Shown: piece by piece, positions 24,768 to 27,489 of the stretch | How positions within the stretch are numbered: the stretch's first letter is position 1 | Layout: every line of letters starts with the position of its first letter | NCBI GenBank assembly: GCA_048882205.1 | Contig: JBHLRV010000001.1 | Coordinates: 1-27,489, forward strand | Length of the DNA stretch: 27,489 bases | DNA from: Candidatus Thorarchaeota archaeon | Lineage (GTDB): Archaea > Asgardarchaeota > Thorarchaeia > Thorarchaeales > Thorarchaeaceae | Reading direction: 5' to 3' | Notes under the pieces: generated by a model | Database searches by the model: none | Told to the model about the DNA's origin: nothing | Seen by the model: the letters and a program-made list of their open reading frames with translations, nothing else | Translations under genes and position numbers: made by a program

Positions 24768-24920
24768 ATTGATTCACCTCTGCCTATTACCCACAACCTG
24801 GGCAGGAAACTCCATAGAAAGAGCGGGCTGCACCCTGATAGAATTCATTTAAGGCTTATGATGGGTCAAGGAGGACTATCAATCAAAGCCTTCTTATTGG
24901 GTCTTGCACCGCAGCCCAAC

Positions 24921-25163
24921 ATGATGTCAGACCTCTCAAGAAACGCCCAATGCGTTCTAGAAATCCTACAGAACGCAATCACCCCTCTCATGACTTCGGA
25001 GGTTCTTGAGATTGCTCGTAGCGACGAGTATGCTGACATATGTCAGGATTGCGCGGGTGGCGACACATTCATTGTGGCCGCAAGACAACTCGTGGACAAG
25101 GGGCTCATAACTAGGAAGCTCGGAAAAGGCGGTTATCGCTGGCAAATAGTGAAAGGCGACTGA
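24921..25163 (+). CDS. Small winged-helix protein with CxxC
   Basis: VLEILQ...PLMTSEVLE...CQDC...ARQLVDKGLITR...YRWQI wHTH pattern. Ends 5 nt before sufS. Start is uncertain (24921 or 24924; the ORF is open from 24858). Confidence 0.65.
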   Translation: MMSDLSRNAQCVLEILQNAITPLMTSEVLEIARSDEYADICQDCAGGDTFIVAARQLVDKGLITRKLGKGGYRWQIVKGD

Positions 25164-25168
25164 TTCAC

Positions 25169-26401
25169 ATGTTGGATGTAAGATCTGATTTCCCAGTCCT
25201 GAAGCGCACGATAAACGGCCGGCCCATTGTATACCTTGACAGTGCCTGCATGGCACTCAAGCCCGTGCATGTAGTACAAGCCATGAATGAGTACTATGAG
25301 AAGTATCCCGCCTGCGGTGGCCGCAGCATCCACAAGCTTGGCGAAGAGGCATCCAACGCCTACTCCGCATCAAGAGAGAAGTTTGCGAGTTTTCTTAATG
25401 CTGCAGAGGCATCAGAATGTATCTGGACTCGTAACGCCACAGAAGCTCTAAACATCGTTGCTTGTTCAATGAAACTCCCGAAAGACGCGAAGATCGTGAC
25501 AACTACTCTGGAACATCACAGCGGCTCCCTTCCCTTTGTGGAACGCGCCAAGCGAGATTCTCTGAAGATTGAAGTGGTGAAGGCAAGAGCTGACGGTACA
25601 TTTGATATTGAAGACTGGAAAGAAGCCCTTGACAACAAGACGCGGTTGGTTTCAATTGTACATTCGTCAAATGTCACAGGTACGATTGCACCGCTCGAAG
25701 ATATTATCGAGATTGCTCATGACCGTGGTGCGCTTGTAATGTCTGATGACGCACAGTATGCACCCCATCATCCCCTTGATGTCCAGAAGTCTGGTGTGGA
25801 CTTCTCAGCAATATCAGTTCACAAGATGTGTGGCCCAACAGGAATGGGGGTCCTTTATGGCAAACTAGAGCATCTGGAATCGATGAACATGTTCCTCGTT
25901 GGCGGGGACACCGTTGAAGATGTTCGGTACGAGAATGGCCAGATTGTCCCCAGCTATCTCCCGCCACCTGAGAAGTTCGAGGCTGGACTACAGAACTACG
26001 CAGGAGCTATTGGCGCCGGCGCAGCGGCCAAGTACTTGCAGGGCATCGGAATGCAAGAAATAGAACGCCACGAGAGAGCCCTTCTGGAAGTGGCTCTGAA
26101 CGAACTCAAGGATATGGATCACATCAAGATTCTGGGAACTGATGACATCAACCAGAAGACTGGACTAGTGACATTTAGTGTGGACTGCGTAGAAGCCGCG
26201 CACGATGTTGCAGCGTTTCTTAACGATGAGTACTGTGTTATGGTTCGTTCCGGAGCTCATTGCGTATATCCATTCCACTATCAAGTTGGGATTACCCCTA
26301 CGATGGGAACTGCCAGAGCTAGCTTCTATCTGTACAATAGTCTGGACGACGTGCAAACATTTCTTGAGGGAATGCGGGCCCTGATTGAGGCCACATCGTA
26401 G
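25169..26401 (+). CDS. sufS: Group II (SufS/CsdA-type) PLP-dependent cysteine desulfurase
   Basis: YLDSA, NATEALN, EHHS, HSSNVTG, DDAQ, SVHKMCGPTGMG (PLP Lys), FEAG, VRSGAHC (catalytic Cys), RASFYLYN. Confidence 0.88.
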   Translation: MLDVRSDFPVLKRTINGRPIVYLDSACMALKPVHVVQAMNEYYEKYPACGGRSIHKLGEEASNAYSASREKFASFLNAAEASECIWTRNATEALNIVACSMKLPKDAKIVTTTLEHHSGSLPFVERAKRDSLKIEVVKARADGTFDIEDWKEALDNKTRLVSIVHSSNVTGTIAPLEDIIEIAHDRGALVMSDDAQYAPHHPLDVQKSGVDFSAISVHKMCGPTGMGVLYGKLEHLESMNMFLVGGDTVEDVRYENGQIVPSYLPPPEKFEAGLQNYAGAIGAGAAAKYLQGIGMQEIERHERALLEVALNELKDMDHIKILGTDDINQKTGLVTFSVDCVEAAHDVAAFLNDEYCVMVRSGAHCVYPFHYQVGITPTMGTARASFYLYNSLDDVQTFLEGMRALIEATS

Positions 26402-26409
26402 TCAGAATA

Positions 26410-27489
26410 CTATCCCATCAACTCATCAATCGTTTGTCTCATGCGTTTGCTCTCTTCTACAGGGTCCGGAAATGTGAGTCCGCTGGCTGTGACATCAAGG
26501 GAATCTCGAAATCTCGAAACACGACCCTGCACCGCAACATATCTACCAAGCATTCTGTCAGAGTTCTGTTCCAGGGGCTCGAGTTTGTTCCCAGACTTCT
26601 CGATGAGCTCATGCGCCTTCTCTGCAGTCATTTCTAGGAGTTCCTCTCCAGTTTCGCCAAACAGTGTGGCCCTTATGGAGCCAGACCCGTCATCCACGGT
26701 TATCTTGTACAGCATTCGATACTCAGGTTTCTTCACGTCACCGCAGACACTACAGGTGAACTTCCCCTCAGTTTCCTCAACCTTCTTCCTGCAGCTCGGA
26801 CATGCTGGATATACTGGGCTTGCCTGAGTAATCCCTACCACAATACCACAGATCTCGACGCTCTTTCCTTCACTATTCTCATCTATATGCCCTATCATCA
26901 CTCTTCCTGCGGCAATGGACATTGGTTGTAATGATAGATCAGAGAGAGCGAGCTGTTCGAGTCGAGAGCCTTTGGGATTGATCTCAATCTCGGCTTTGCG
27001 ACCTGCATGCACCTCTACTCCGCCGCGAAAACCTTCTTTGGCGTATGCATGTGTGACACTAATGATGTCCCCCTCCTGGAGGGATTCAATCTTCTCAACA
27101 TCTTCATTCCAGAACGTCAGTCTGATCTGTGCCGTTTCGTCTGCTACGATGATGTTCTGGACGCGGCCTTCCTCTCCTTCTCGGTCGAACGTGTTAATCG
27201 GGAATACTCTAACGACTCTCCCCTCGACGTCTACATCTCGCATCTGAGTAGTTATTTCTGCAATCTCTTTCTTCCCAATCGGTGTCGGTGCACTTGCCTC
27301 AGGTACCACTTCTATGGCATCGATCTTGATCTTCAAGCCTCTTTCAATCTGTGAGGAACGACCCCCATGGACTTCGATGTTCCCGTAGCGTCCTGTCTTG
27401 GAGTAGGCTCCTTTAACTCTGATGACCTCGCCTTCCTTTGCATTCTCCATCTCCTCAGCATCTTTGTCCCAGAACACCAAACGAGTACT
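26410..27489 (-). CDS. rpa: Replication protein A large subunit (multi-OB plus Zn finger), 5'-truncated by the window edge
   Basis: Repeated OB folds (DETAQIRLTFW, DDGSGSIRATLFG) and YPACPSCRKKV...CSVCG. The frame stays open to the window end (...STRLVFW). Confidence 0.9.
   Translation of the reverse strand, partial: STRLVFWDKDAEEMENAKEGEVIRVKGAYSKTGRYGNIEVHGGRSSQIERGLKIKIDAIEVVPEASAPTPIGKKEIAEITTQMRDVDVEGRVVRVFPINTFDREGEEGRVQNIIVADETAQIRLTFWNEDVEKIESLQEGDIISVTHAYAKEGFRGGVEVHAGRKAEIEINPKGSRLEQLALSDLSLQPMSIAAGRVMIGHIDENSEGKSVEICGIVVGITQASPVYPACPSCRKKVEETEGKFTCSVCGDVKKPEYRMLYKITVDDGSGSIRATLFGETGEELLEMTAEKAHELIEKSGNKLEPLEQNSDRMLGRYVAVQGRVSRFRDSLDVTASGLTFPDPVEESKRMRQTIDELMG

Noticed and set aside
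1-27489. Selenoprotein (UGA read-through) or SECIS element
   Set aside because: All recognised genes reach family-typical ends with no internal UGA at a Cys position, and no convincing SECIS was seen.
24513-27489. Elf1-Lhr-RPA as a dedicated transcription-coupled repair cluster
   Set aside because: The genes are in separate transcription units and are housekeeping. Proximity alone is not enough without synteny data.

Overview
Archaeal, gene-dense housekeeping region. It is most consistent with an Asgard archaeon, plausibly Thorarchaeia; this is inferred from an Arf/Rab-like small GTPase, Elf1, sn-G1P dehydrogenase, LVIVD and GIFT-like surface proteins and roughly 50% GC. In order the window holds: a CLC-CBS antiporter; an SRP (7S) RNA not shown by the ORF track, with a non-canonical UGGC helix-8 loop; aIF5B; an inverted, C-terminally extended ndk; rpl24e-rps28e-rpl7ae with a K-turn over the L7Ae ribosome-binding site; egsA; a small GTPase; and the rpoD-rpl18e-rpl13-rps9-rpoN-rps2 operon. 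Next come a convergent four-gene modified mevalonate operon (mvk, UbiD-type decarboxylase, AcnX large and small), an orphan C5-cytosine methyltransferase paired with a DUF2122/SPOUT-like gene, and an LVIVD propeller. tRNA-Pro(CGG) follows, with a 587-bp att-bounded single-gene cassette at its 3' end. The right part holds a metallophosphoesterase, an SWS1-like SWIM protein, a GIFT-like membrane protein, an operon of a 37-aa membrane peptide, a 77-aa repeat protein, Lhr and EngB, then Elf1, a CxxC wHTH gene with a SufS-type desulfurase, and a 5'-truncated RPA large subunit. All family assignments come from motif recognition by eye; no searches were run.
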